Of a stretch of DNA of 64,000 nt, positions 38,273 to 47,582 are shown piece by piece. The number at the start of each line of letters is the position of its first letter. The first letter of the stretch is position 1. A program made the translations under genes and the position numbers. The stretch comes from an uncultured Verrucomicrobiae bacterium (GTDB taxonomy: Bacteria; Verrucomicrobiota; Verrucomicrobiia; Chthoniobacterales; JAFAMB01), in NCBI GenBank assembly GCA_963762565.1, contig CAVXLD010000003.1, positions 352,001 through 416,000 on the forward strand, given 5' to 3'. The notes below the pieces were generated by a model, which saw nothing but the letters and a program-made list of their open reading frames with translations, was not told the DNA's origin and made no database searches.

Positions 38273-40339
38273 TTAGACCACTGAAAGGTTCTCTTTTCGC
38301 AATCGCGAGAGGGCAACGCCAACTCCGTTCAGCGAGATGATCACGGCGTCCGGTTCGCAGAGCTGTTCGAGAGTGGGCGCGGGCGGAGAGTCTCCGCGCA
38401 ATAACCAGATGGTCTTCATTCCTATGCGCTGTGCGGGTCGAATATCGTTGTCCAACCGGTTACCAACGTGAATGGCGCGATCTGCCGGAACACCAGCGTG
38501 CTCCAGCGTCAGCCGGAAGATTGCTTCGTCCGGTTTCTCGATACCTGCTTCCTCTGAGAGGATAATAACACTAAAGAACCGGTCGAGCCCATCTCTGCGC
38601 AGCGCTTTTTTTGCGGCTGCGCCTGCGTTGGCGACTAACCCAAGCTTGAACCTCTGAGCCAGGCTACTCAATGCCGGCTTCACGTCAGGATAGAGGGTAG
38701 AGGCCGGATATTCCCAATATTTGTGTGCCAGCGCAACGAGAGTAGCGCGGTCACCCCCGGGGACGAACCGTTTTGCGATGGCAGTGCGCAACGATCCGGA
38801 TGATTGGCCGCGCTGTTCGTCGTACACCGCCCAGAACTCGTGTTCCTCCAAACTCGGATTCAGCTCCCGCGCAGCGCGCAATAGTGCGCGGGTGAATGTT
38901 TCATCGTCGTAGATCGTCCCTCCCAGGTCAAAGAGGATCAACTCGATCTCTTCTGGTAGTAGAGTCATTATTGGTGGATGCCCAAGGAGAGAACCGGCCG
39001 CCGCAAAAGAAAAACCGCCAAGCGGTCGTTGAGTTTCTATGCTTCCATCCGGTCTCTCGTACTCCGGGGCTGTTAAGAATAGGGCGAGGATCGCGCTGAG
39101 CGCATAGAGCGCAGCGAAGATCCAGATCACGCCTCGTATCCCGCAAAGACTGAGAAAACATCCGACAATGGCAGGTCCAAGCCACACGCTCGCGCCTGCG
39201 CCTAGATTTAGCATCGAGATCGCCGCACCAGGATTTTCCGGAGCAAGGCACGGCATGATCGCCGACAGCGGCACGTAACCGGCCAGGGTGGCGCCGTAAA
39301 GCATGGCGCTTACCACCGCCACCAGATAGTTTCCGGGAAACCTGAGCGGCAAATAATAAAGAAGTAGTGTCGTGATAGTACAACCGATCCCACCGATATA
39401 GGCCACGGTTCTGCGCCAGCCGAGGCGGTCCCCGATCATGCCCAGGGCCAGGTCACAGATAATGTTGCTGAAGAACATCCAACTCAACACCTGCAGCCAC
39501 TGGCTCAAGGTAAACCCGAGTGTTCCGACATAGAACGATGGCAGGAAAAGCAGGAAACCGAACTGTGGTGCGGTATTAATCATCCGGACAATTGAACCGA
39601 GGACTACCTTCGGTTTTTCCCAGGCGATACTGATAGCGGCGAATAACGCTTTCCGATGGTGTTGAACCTCCGCTCTCACCGGAGGAGCGCCAACCGCCCG
39701 AGGCAGGCCGAGCAACATGATGATGCCCCCAATGATTACGAACACGAGCGAGCACCAGAAGGTCGCATATTGGCCGATGAGCGGGATTGTATAACTAGCC
39801 AAAAGGGAGCCGAGTGTCGGTAACCCGGCAGTAAACGCGAACCAGAACCAACCGACAGCAGAACCTAACCGTTTCGGAGGCGTGACTGCAGCGACACAAA
39901 CCAGGAACCCGTACGCGAAAAGTGGGTAACCAAGGCCGCGAAGAAAATAGCTCAACACAAGGAGGTCGCGATCGGAGAAGGCGACTCCAAAAACGAGAAA
40001 AATAACTTCGAAAAACGCCCAGATGGCAACCCCGAGCCACATCACCACGCGGGCGCCGACGGTGTCCGCTAGAGCGCCTGACAGTCGCGCAGCGAGAGCG
40101 GCAGCCAGACCGTAAAGGGTGAACATCAAAGCGATTTTGACCTGAGAAACACCAATGCCGTTGAGAAAAGGCGCAAGGTAACCGGCTTCGATTCCGTCGC
40201 CGATCATGAACAGCAAGAGACCAAGATATCCCCAGGCAAGCTGAGGGGGAATACCCAGTCGCTTGAGAATGGTAGGACGCGTGCTGACCATGGGTACGCC
40301 TGACACCGCCGTCGCCATATGCACAACTCTAGCCTGCAA
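38273..40339 (-). CDS. MFS sugar/polyol permease (RbtT/DalT/CsbX type) fused to a C-terminal HAD-superfamily hydrolase
   Basis: GYLGLLLFMIGDGIEAGYL, RGLGYPLFAYGFL, INTAPQFGF, LNLGAGASVWLGP (12-TM MFS), then ILFDLGGT, KPDEAIF, HVGNRLDNDIRPAQRIGM (HAD class IA) in one ORF. The true start may be a downstream ATG. Confidence 0.88.
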   Translation of the reverse strand: MQARVVHMATAVSGVPMVSTRPTILKRLGIPPQLAWGYLGLLLFMIGDGIEAGYLAPFLNGIGVSQVKIALMFTLYGLAAALAARLSGALADTVGARVVMWLGVAIWAFFEVIFLVFGVAFSDRDLLVLSYFLRGLGYPLFAYGFLVCVAAVTPPKRLGSAVGWFWFAFTAGLPTLGSLLASYTIPLIGQYATFWCSLVFVIIGGIIMLLGLPRAVGAPPVRAEVQHHRKALFAAISIAWEKPKVVLGSIVRMINTAPQFGFLLFLPSFYVGTLGFTLSQWLQVLSWMFFSNIICDLALGMIGDRLGWRRTVAYIGGIGCTITTLLLYYLPLRFPGNYLVAVVSAMLYGATLAGYVPLSAIMPCLAPENPGAAISMLNLGAGASVWLGPAIVGCFLSLCGIRGVIWIFAALYALSAILALFLTAPEYERPDGSIETQRPLGGFSFAAAGSLLGHPPIMTLLPEEIELILFDLGGTIYDDETFTRALLRAARELNPSLEEHEFWAVYDEQRGQSSGSLRTAIAKRFVPGGDRATLVALAHKYWEYPASTLYPDVKPALSSLAQRFKLGLVANAGAAAKKALRRDGLDRFFSVIILSEEAGIEKPDEAIFRLTLEHAGVPADRAIHVGNRLDNDIRPAQRIGMKTIWLLRGDSPPAPTLEQLCEPDAVIISLNGVGVALSRLRKENLSVV

Positions 40340-40420
40340 CTGGAGTTGAGTCTAAGAAGGTTCGTAGCCGGAGATCGCCCTGAAAGCATCTCCAACCCCG
40401 GTGTTTGCAGGGTGCAAATC

Positions 40421-40590
40421 GGGGAGGGCGCGCGTACCCGCGCGCCGCGAGGACGTGCTACAACCCAAAGATGTATTTTCGTCCGCCGATCACAACGCGC
40501 CCTCGGTTTCGGTCACAACGGATCGCAGGGACGCGATCCCTCCCGGGCGATGGGCCTACACACAATCCAAGGGCGAAGCGCCTCACGAGG
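40421..40590 (+). repeat. Family B element
   Basis: ggggagggcgcgcgtacccgcgcgccgcgagg ... gacgcgatccctcccgggcgatgggcctacacacaatccaagggcgaagcgcc. Confidence 0.85.
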
Positions 40591-40675
40591 GATCTTTAAC
40601 CGCGCTACGCGGCTGCAAATCGGGGGAAGCGCTTTCCAGGAGTTTAGCCAGTCTTTGCTGCTAACAACCACTTTC

Positions 40676-40746
40676 GAGGACGAGGACGAGGACGACGGAC
40701 GAGCACGAAAAGGCGAACGCCGAACGCCAAACGCCAAACGCGCCGA
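40676..40746. repeat. GAGGAC repeat plus CGAACGC/CAAACGC heptamer run abutting the permease stop
   Basis: cgaggacgaggacgaggacgacg ... ggcgaacgccgaacgccaaacgccaaacgcgcc. Confidence 0.8.
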
Positions 40747-42366
40747 CTAACCAACTGTCATTATGTGGGGGAAGAACAGGTAGAACAAAACGCCGATCAA
40801 TATCAGGTAAACCAGCAGGACCAACGTCCAGACCATGTTATGCCGAATAACAGCGCCTTCATTCCGCACAAACCGGCTGGTGGATACGCCGACGCTCGCT
40901 GTTTGCGGCGCTACCGGTTTGCCAACTTCGGCTCCGACCGAGTTCAAGGTTGGCAACAGCAGCGGTGGGAAACCTAACAACTTGCCAACTGTAGCTTGGA
41001 ACGCACCGAACATAGCGTTGGTCGAGGTATTGCTGCCAGAAAGGGCGACCCCAATCCAACCCAGGATCGGCGCCACCACGATGAACCAGGCGCCGAGTTT
41101 GGAAAACCCGAACGCAAGGGAGCCGGCCATACCCGAAAAATTAAATACAAACGCCAGGCCGAAAATAAAGAAACCGACGAGAAAAGCGCCCCACATCTGG
41201 TGCCAGGTCTTCTTCATCACCTCGCCGAACTGAGCTCCCTTGAGCCTAAGGAGTAGGGCGATCACGATCCAAGAGGCCATAATGGCGGTTCCGCCGGAAA
41301 AAGGTCCCCAAGCGAACGCGGCCGATACTTTACTTCCTTGGGAAATCGAAGATGCGGCATCAACAGAAAGTTTGAATGGCACATACTTAGGCAGGAGTGA
41401 CCAAGGTCCGGTCCAGAGGACGACGATGACCACCAGAACGAAGAATGGCAACCAGGCCAGAAAAACGTCCTTTTGGGGCAACCGTTCAGCGGAACCCGCG
41501 GACCGGGTTTGATCGGCTTCCGATAGAGCGACACCACCGTAACCGAGGACGGTTTTTGGCCGCCAAAACTTGAGCAGGATTAAGAGCGCCGCAAAACAGA
41601 CGATCGATCCAGACACGTCCGGCAGGTAGGGGCCCAGGTAAACCGCGACTGGGAACTGACCGGCGATGTAGCCGAGAGAACCGACAATGGCCAGAGGCCA
41701 GCCTTCGCGAAATCCTTTCTTGCCGCTGACGAGGTAGATCAGAATCCAAGGTGGGAGCAGCGCTAGTATGGCAACAATATGGCCGACAGAACCGGAGAGC
41801 TGCAGCAGCGGGAGCCCGGTCACCGCAGCCAAAGCGATAATGGGCGCTCCGAGAGCTCCGTAAGAGACCGGGGCGTTGTTAGCGATAGCGGCGACCCGGA
41901 TCGCATCAAGATCCGGGATACCAAGTGAGATCAAGATCGGAGCAACGAATGCCCAAGGGTAACCGAAGCCGACTAACCCTTCGAGAAGCGCTCCGAATGC
42001 CCAGGCGAATAACATCGCTTGGACGCGCACGTCCGCGGTCCCGTGAGCAACCAGCCAACGCCGGAATTTTTCAAAGACACCGGTTACCACCAGGGTATTG
42101 AACAAGATGACACCCCAGAGGGTGATCCAGTCGACGGCCCAGACACCGGTAGCGGAACCGTACAGATAAGCGCGGATACCTTCGGCAAAAGGCATTTGCC
42201 AGACCAAAACAGCCAATAAAAATGTAATGATCGAACCGATTAGAGTGGAAAGCCAAGCGGACACTCGAAAGACAGCCAACATTACGAGGAGCGCAACGAC
42301 AGGTATGAGCGCGACCAACCAGGTCAACGCCTGATTACCAGCGGGATTGAGAATTTGTTGGAACAT
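40747..42366 (-). CDS. lctP: L-lactate/glycolate permease (LctP/GlcA family)
   Basis: FGALLEGLVGFG.P, ANNAPVSYGALGAPI, LGWIGVALSGSNTSTNAMFG..Q. Confidence 0.88.
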   Translation of the reverse strand: MFQQILNPAGNQALTWLVALIPVVALLVMLAVFRVSAWLSTLIGSIITFLLAVLVWQMPFAEGIRAYLYGSATGVWAVDWITLWGVILFNTLVVTGVFEKFRRWLVAHGTADVRVQAMLFAWAFGALLEGLVGFGYPWAFVAPILISLGIPDLDAIRVAAIANNAPVSYGALGAPIIALAAVTGLPLLQLSGSVGHIVAILALLPPWILIYLVSGKKGFREGWPLAIVGSLGYIAGQFPVAVYLGPYLPDVSGSIVCFAALLILLKFWRPKTVLGYGGVALSEADQTRSAGSAERLPQKDVFLAWLPFFVLVVIVVLWTGPWSLLPKYVPFKLSVDAASSISQGSKVSAAFAWGPFSGGTAIMASWIVIALLLRLKGAQFGEVMKKTWHQMWGAFLVGFFIFGLAFVFNFSGMAGSLAFGFSKLGAWFIVVAPILGWIGVALSGSNTSTNAMFGAFQATVGKLLGFPPLLLPTLNSVGAEVGKPVAPQTASVGVSTSRFVRNEGAVIRHNMVWTLVLLVYLILIGVLFYLFFPHIMTVG

Positions 42367-42757
42367 TGCAGATCTCCCGTAGTGGTAGTCCTAGCATCCA
42401 AGCCGTGTGGCAATGCAGGTTTCGGAATCGGCGACCGCGGTGCTGCTAAAGGTAGGAATAGAAACGAGAGATGGGGGAACAGGCTTCATAGGTTTGCAGA
42501 GAGGAGCTGAGTTTGGAGCAGTAAACGACCAAGTTCCGAAGTCCTGCCAGAGGGAACGCACGGCCAAGAGCCGGAACCGGGCAATTCAGGTTATCTGAAC
42601 TTGGGTCAGCGCGTAAAGAGCAACCTTTTGCCGGCTCTAACCTACAATTGGATTTGATTTGGAGGCGAAAAATATGGACAGCTGTTCGCAAAAAAATTGA
42701 CTCCACATCTGACCCCCGATTCGAGCACGAGCACGAGCACGAGCACGAAAAATTAGG

Positions 42758-44245
42758 CTATTGCTGAATTGCACTTTCCTCATGCGTCGGCCACTTGGAG
42801 ACCTGGGAGGGAGTCGGCAAATGTGAAACATCCCAACCGCCACCAAGCGCTTCAACCAGGGATACCGCGCTGGTCATCTGTAAAACTTGGACAGTGATGA
42901 CGGCTTGCTGGTCGGTAAGCAGGGTGGTCTGAGCAGTGACCACATCAACGTACGGATCGATCCCGGTTTGGTATCGGCTCATCTCCAGGGTCAAAAACTC
43001 TTCGGCGGATTTCTCAGCGTCGCGCTGTTCCCGCAATTGTTTGGAGTACAGACGGATTTCGGCCAGGGCATCTTCTGTCTGTTGAAAGGCGGTGAGCACA
43101 GTCTGCCGGTAGGCGTACAAATCAGAGTTATAGGTGGCAATGAATTGATGAACCGTCGCAGTCCGAAGACCCGCATCAAATATGGTTTCAGAGGCGGACG
43201 GACCGATTGACCAAGTGCGGTTTGACGAATGAAATAGATTGCTGAAATGCTGGCTCTGAAATCCCGCGTCAGAACTCAACTCGAAAGTTGGGAAATAGGC
43301 GGCATAAGCCTCGCCGATTTGCGCGTTAGCAGATGCCATCGTCCGTTCCGCACCGGCGATATCGGGTCTGCGTTCCAGTAATTGGGAGGGAACACCGACC
43401 GGGATCCGAGGCGGCTCCCGATGTAAAGTTCTGACTGGAATGGAAAAGTTAGAAGCGACTCTACCGAGTAATACGGCGATAGCATGTTCGAATTGGGCTC
43501 GAGCAACGCCGATATTAGTGGCTGTGGCCTCGGCGTTTTGCAGGGTGTTCTGAGCTTCTACAACCGAAATCTTATCCGTGATTCCGGTTTCGTACTGGAC
43601 TTGGTTGTAAGCGAGCGCCTTTTCGAAAGCAACGATGGTATCGTTAAAAAGTTTCTGTAGCGTGTCCTGGCCGCGAATCTGGAAGTAAAGCGTGGCCAGG
43701 GTAGCCTGTTCGGTTAATTTCTCATTCTCCAGGTCAGCGGCGCTGAGCTGCGCGGTATATTGGGCTGACCGGATCGCGTTCCTGACTTTACCCCAGACAT
43801 CAGCCGCCCATGAGATTTCCAATGTGGACAGGATAGTAGTGATCGGGTTGAGCGGCGGGGTGCGTGCCTTGGTCCAGGAGGCGTTAGCGGTAAGAGTAGG
43901 ATAAAGCTGGGCGTTGGCTTCCGCGATTAGCGCCCGGGCTTCCATGAAGTTCTGGAAGAACTCTTTAATGTTCTGGTTATTGATATTGAGTTGATCTTCC
44001 AGCGCATTCAGATCCGGATCATTGAAAACTCTCCACCATTCTCCGCGCAACATCGCATCTCGCGGTTGGGCGATATCCCAACCTTCGGAATTTTTATAGT
44101 GAGCGGGAATCTCTTTGTAAGTGGATGGTAGCGGTTCCTGGGTAGCGGCCGGCCTATGGTATCTCGGACCCACTAATATGCATCCCGTTAAGGTGGACAG
44201 CATGACGCAGAGACAGATCCGGAATGTTGGTTGGAAGTAACTCAT
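42758..44245 (-). CDS. Outer-membrane efflux lipoprotein (NodT/OprM family)
   Basis: Lipobox LTGC, VGPRY.RP, EWWRVFND..LN.L, PSQLLERRPDIA.AER, ALGGGW. Confidence 0.95.
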   Translation of the reverse strand: MSYFQPTFRICLCVMLSTLTGCILVGPRYHRPAATQEPLPSTYKEIPAHYKNSEGWDIAQPRDAMLRGEWWRVFNDPDLNALEDQLNINNQNIKEFFQNFMEARALIAEANAQLYPTLTANASWTKARTPPLNPITTILSTLEISWAADVWGKVRNAIRSAQYTAQLSAADLENEKLTEQATLATLYFQIRGQDTLQKLFNDTIVAFEKALAYNQVQYETGITDKISVVEAQNTLQNAEATATNIGVARAQFEHAIAVLLGRVASNFSIPVRTLHREPPRIPVGVPSQLLERRPDIAGAERTMASANAQIGEAYAAYFPTFELSSDAGFQSQHFSNLFHSSNRTWSIGPSASETIFDAGLRTATVHQFIATYNSDLYAYRQTVLTAFQQTEDALAEIRLYSKQLREQRDAEKSAEEFLTLEMSRYQTGIDPYVDVVTAQTTLLTDQQAVITVQVLQMTSAVSLVEALGGGWDVSHLPTPSQVSKWPTHEESAIQQ

Positions 44246-44295
44246 CGGTTAGTTGATGGTCAAAAGCTTTCTAGCTGAGTGCGGGGCGCATCGTT

Positions 44296-44450
44296 CTCGT
44301 CCTCGTCGTCGTCCTCGTCCTCGTCCTCGACTCAGGCCGAGCGCTATGTCGGAGTGCCGGACTATCGAGGCGATCCAAAACAGACCTGCATTCCTCAATA
44401 CTCCAGCGCCCCGATTTCGAGGACGAGGACGACGACGAGAACGAGGACGA
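44296..44450. repeat. Inverted pair of family E repeats
   Basis: ctcgtcctcgtcgtcgtcctcgtcctcgtcctcga ... tcgaggacgaggacgacgacgagaacgaggacga. Confidence 0.85.
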
Positions 44451-44480
44451 AATGCCCGGCCAGCGGCGTCTATTTCCACG

Positions 44481-47400
44481 TCACGCGGTTGCCTCTCCAT
44501 GATGAAACACATCGGGTTTCTCGCCTTTTATTCGCAGCCGGAGGCGGTCGAACGCGAGGTAAAGAACGGGGGTGGTATACAGCGTTAGGAGTTGGCTCAC
44601 AATGAGGCCGCCGACAATGCTGATTCCAAGCGGGCGTCGCAGCTCTGAACCGGTACCGGTGCCTAGCGCCAACGGTAATGCGCCGAACAGGGCGCACATC
44701 GTCGTCATCATGATCGGGCGAAAGCGCAGCATGCAGGCTTCAAAGATCGCGTCCGCGGTACCTTTTCCTTCCAGGCGCTCCGCTTGCAGGGCGAAGTCGA
44801 TCATCATGATCGCGTTCTTTTTTACGATTCCGATCAGCAGTACGATGCCGATAATCGAGATCACGTTCAGATCGCTGTTCCCAATGGTTAGCGCCAGCAT
44901 GGCGCCTACACCGGCGGACGGCAAAGTGGATATAATCGTGATGGGATGCACCAGATTTTCGTAGAGAATCCCGAGAACGATATAAACGGCGAGCAGCGCC
45001 GTTAGTACCAGGAGCGGCATTGTACCCAGCGACTGTTGGTAACCGAGGAGGGTACCGGCATAAAAACCTTGGATAGAAGATGGCATTCCAAGCTGTCTCT
45101 GCATATTCGTGATCTGGGTGGTGGCATCACTGAGAGACATGTTTGGCGCCAGATTAAATGAAACCGTTACCGACGGGAATAAACCCGTATGATTAATGGC
45201 CAGGGGAATGGTATTCGCCTGGTTCGTGGTTAACGCAAAGAGGGGGATGTGACCGTTGTTTGAAGAAGACACCAGGTATACATCCTTGAAGTTCTCCGGG
45301 CTTTGAAAGTAGGGTGGCGCCACTTCCAAGACGACATAGTACTGGTTCAATTGGGTGTAGATCACGGATACCTCGGCTTGACCAAATGCGTCGTAAAGCG
45401 CGGTATCTAGGTTCTGAACCGTCAATCCTAACTTAGCCGCGGTCGTTCGATCGTAAGTGAGATATTCATCCCGGCCACCATTCTGTTGGTCCGAGTTAAC
45501 ATCTTGAAATCCTGGTATCCCTCGCATGGCGTTCATCAGGATCGGTCCCCAATGAGCGAGCTCTTTCGCGCTGTCGGATTGAATCGTATACTGATATAGA
45601 GCGTTGCTGCCGCGGCCCCCGATACGGATGTCCTGTGCCGCTTGGAGGAATACGGATGCGACCGGCAGACGGCTCAGTTGGGGACGCAGACGATTGATGA
45701 TGGTAGCGGCATCAACCTTCCGTTCGGCCAAAGGTTTAAGGGAAATGTAAACAAACGCAGTATTCGTCGCGCCTTGACCACCGGTGAACTCGATGACGTT
45801 AGCTACGCCGGGATCGTTCTTAATCACTTTACCGATCTGTTGAATCGCGTTGTTAATGGTGGCAAAGGATGAATCCTGTGGACCTTGAACTCCACCAACG
45901 ATGGCGCCGGTGTCTTGCTGCGGGAAAAAGCCTTTCGGCATATTAGTGATCAGCACCACATTGAGCCCAATCAAAAGCAACAAGACCACCAGCGGCAGGG
46001 TCGGATTGTCGAGAACCCAGACCAGGCTGCGGCGATAAATAGATTGCACCCAGTTAAACGCCTGTTCGTTAGCTCGGTAAAGCCGACCATGTTTCTTGGT
46101 GCGTTCGCTTTTTAAAATGTAGGCGCACATCATGGGGGTCGTGGTCAGTGAGATGAACATCGACACCAGAATGGCAGTCGAGAGGGTAACAGCGAACTCC
46201 CGAAATAGACGGCCGACGATTCCGCCCATGGCTAAAAGAGGGATGAAGACGGCAATCAGCGATATACTGATTGAAAAGACGGTGAAACCCATTTGCTGCG
46301 TACCCCGGAGCGCAGCTTCCAGCGGTTTCATGCCTCCTTCCAGGTAGCGCGTGATGTTTTCCATGACGACGATGGCATCGTCGACCACAAACCCTGTCGA
46401 AATGGTCAGCGCCATTAAAGACAGGTTATCGATGCTGTAGCCGAACAGATACATTACTGCGCAGGTGCCGATGAGTGAGACTGGAACGGCGACAGCCGGG
46501 ATGAGCGTAGCCCGAGGATTACGCAGAAAGACAAAAACGACTACGATTACGAGAACCACCGAAAGCATGAGCGTTCGCTCAACGTCTTCGACCGAAGCGC
46601 GAATTGTGGTGGTTCGATCCATCACCACGGTCACATCGATCCCTTCCGGGATTGACGCTTTGATCCAGGGGATCTGGCCTCGCAGCCGGCCTACCGTGTT
46701 GATGATATTGGCTCCCGGTTCCCGGAAGATGATCAGGGTGACGGCACGTTGGCCATTTAGAAAGCCGCCGGCGCGGATGTTCTGAACGGAGTCTGTCACT
46801 TGGGCAACGTCCGATAAGTGCACGGCCGCGCCGTTGCTATAACCGACAATCAGGGGTTTATATTCCTCAGCATGGAAAATCTGGTCGTTGGCTAAGATGT
46901 CCCTGGTGATATTTCCATCAGTGAGTTGACCCTTTGGGAGATCGGCGTTCTGCACGCTTAAGATCGACTGCACATTTGCCATGCTGAGGCCGTAGTTAGC
47001 TAATTGGGTCGGGTTAACATCCACCCGCACGGATGGCAACGCGCCCCCTCCAACGTTCACCTGGCCGACACCCTTAACTTGCGAGAGCTTTTGTTGAATG
47101 ACGGTGGAGGCTTCGTCATACATCTTAGCCGCGCCGTATTTGTCCGAGGTAAGAGCAAGAATCATGATCGGCGCGTCGGCGGGATTGACCTTTCGATAGG
47201 TCGGATTCGACGGCAAGTTTGCAGGTAGATAAGTGCGGGCAGCATTGATAGCCGCTTGCACATCTCGAGCGGCGCCATCGATGTTGCGGCTGAGGTCAAA
47301 TTGGATGGTAATTGATGTGGTGCCCAGCGAACTGGCTGACGTCATTTCCGTAACGCCGGCGATATGACCGAATTGTCGCTCCAAAGGAGTGGCAACGGAC

Positions 47401-47582
47401 GAGGCCATGATCTCGGCGCTGCCTCCTGGCAAACTGGCACTGACGGAAATGGTGGGAAAATCCACTTGGGGCAAAGGAGACACGGGCAGCACCGAGTAGG
47501 CAATCGCTCCGGCAAACGCGATGCCGACGGTGATCAAGGTCGTCCCCACCGGACGACGAATGAACGTTTCCGAGAAGTTCAT
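44481..47582 (-). CDS. mdtC: RND transporter subunit, MdtC-like
   Basis: FIRRPVGTTL, PVSPLPQVDFPTI, SSVATPLERQFG, NPTYRKVNPADAPI, GIVKKNAIMMIDFAL. Confidence 0.9.
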   Translation of the reverse strand: MNFSETFIRRPVGTTLITVGIAFAGAIAYSVLPVSPLPQVDFPTISVSASLPGGSAEIMASSVATPLERQFGHIAGVTEMTSASSLGTTSITIQFDLSRNIDGAARDVQAAINAARTYLPANLPSNPTYRKVNPADAPIMILALTSDKYGAAKMYDEASTVIQQKLSQVKGVGQVNVGGGALPSVRVDVNPTQLANYGLSMANVQSILSVQNADLPKGQLTDGNITRDILANDQIFHAEEYKPLIVGYSNGAAVHLSDVAQVTDSVQNIRAGGFLNGQRAVTLIIFREPGANIINTVGRLRGQIPWIKASIPEGIDVTVVMDRTTTIRASVEDVERTLMLSVVLVIVVVFVFLRNPRATLIPAVAVPVSLIGTCAVMYLFGYSIDNLSLMALTISTGFVVDDAIVVMENITRYLEGGMKPLEAALRGTQQMGFTVFSISISLIAVFIPLLAMGGIVGRLFREFAVTLSTAILVSMFISLTTTPMMCAYILKSERTKKHGRLYRANEQAFNWVQSIYRRSLVWVLDNPTLPLVVLLLLIGLNVVLITNMPKGFFPQQDTGAIVGGVQGPQDSSFATINNAIQQIGKVIKNDPGVANVIEFTGGQGATNTAFVYISLKPLAERKVDAATIINRLRPQLSRLPVASVFLQAAQDIRIGGRGSNALYQYTIQSDSAKELAHWGPILMNAMRGIPGFQDVNSDQQNGGRDEYLTYDRTTAAKLGLTVQNLDTALYDAFGQAEVSVIYTQLNQYYVVLEVAPPYFQSPENFKDVYLVSSSNNGHIPLFALTTNQANTIPLAINHTGLFPSVTVSFNLAPNMSLSDATTQITNMQRQLGMPSSIQGFYAGTLLGYQQSLGTMPLLVLTALLAVYIVLGILYENLVHPITIISTLPSAGVGAMLALTIGNSDLNVISIIGIVLLIGIVKKNAIMMIDFALQAERLEGKGTADAIFEACMLRFRPIMMTTMCALFGALPLALGTGTGSELRRPLGISIVGGLIVSQLLTLYTTPVLYLAFDRLRLRIKGEKPDVFHHGEATA

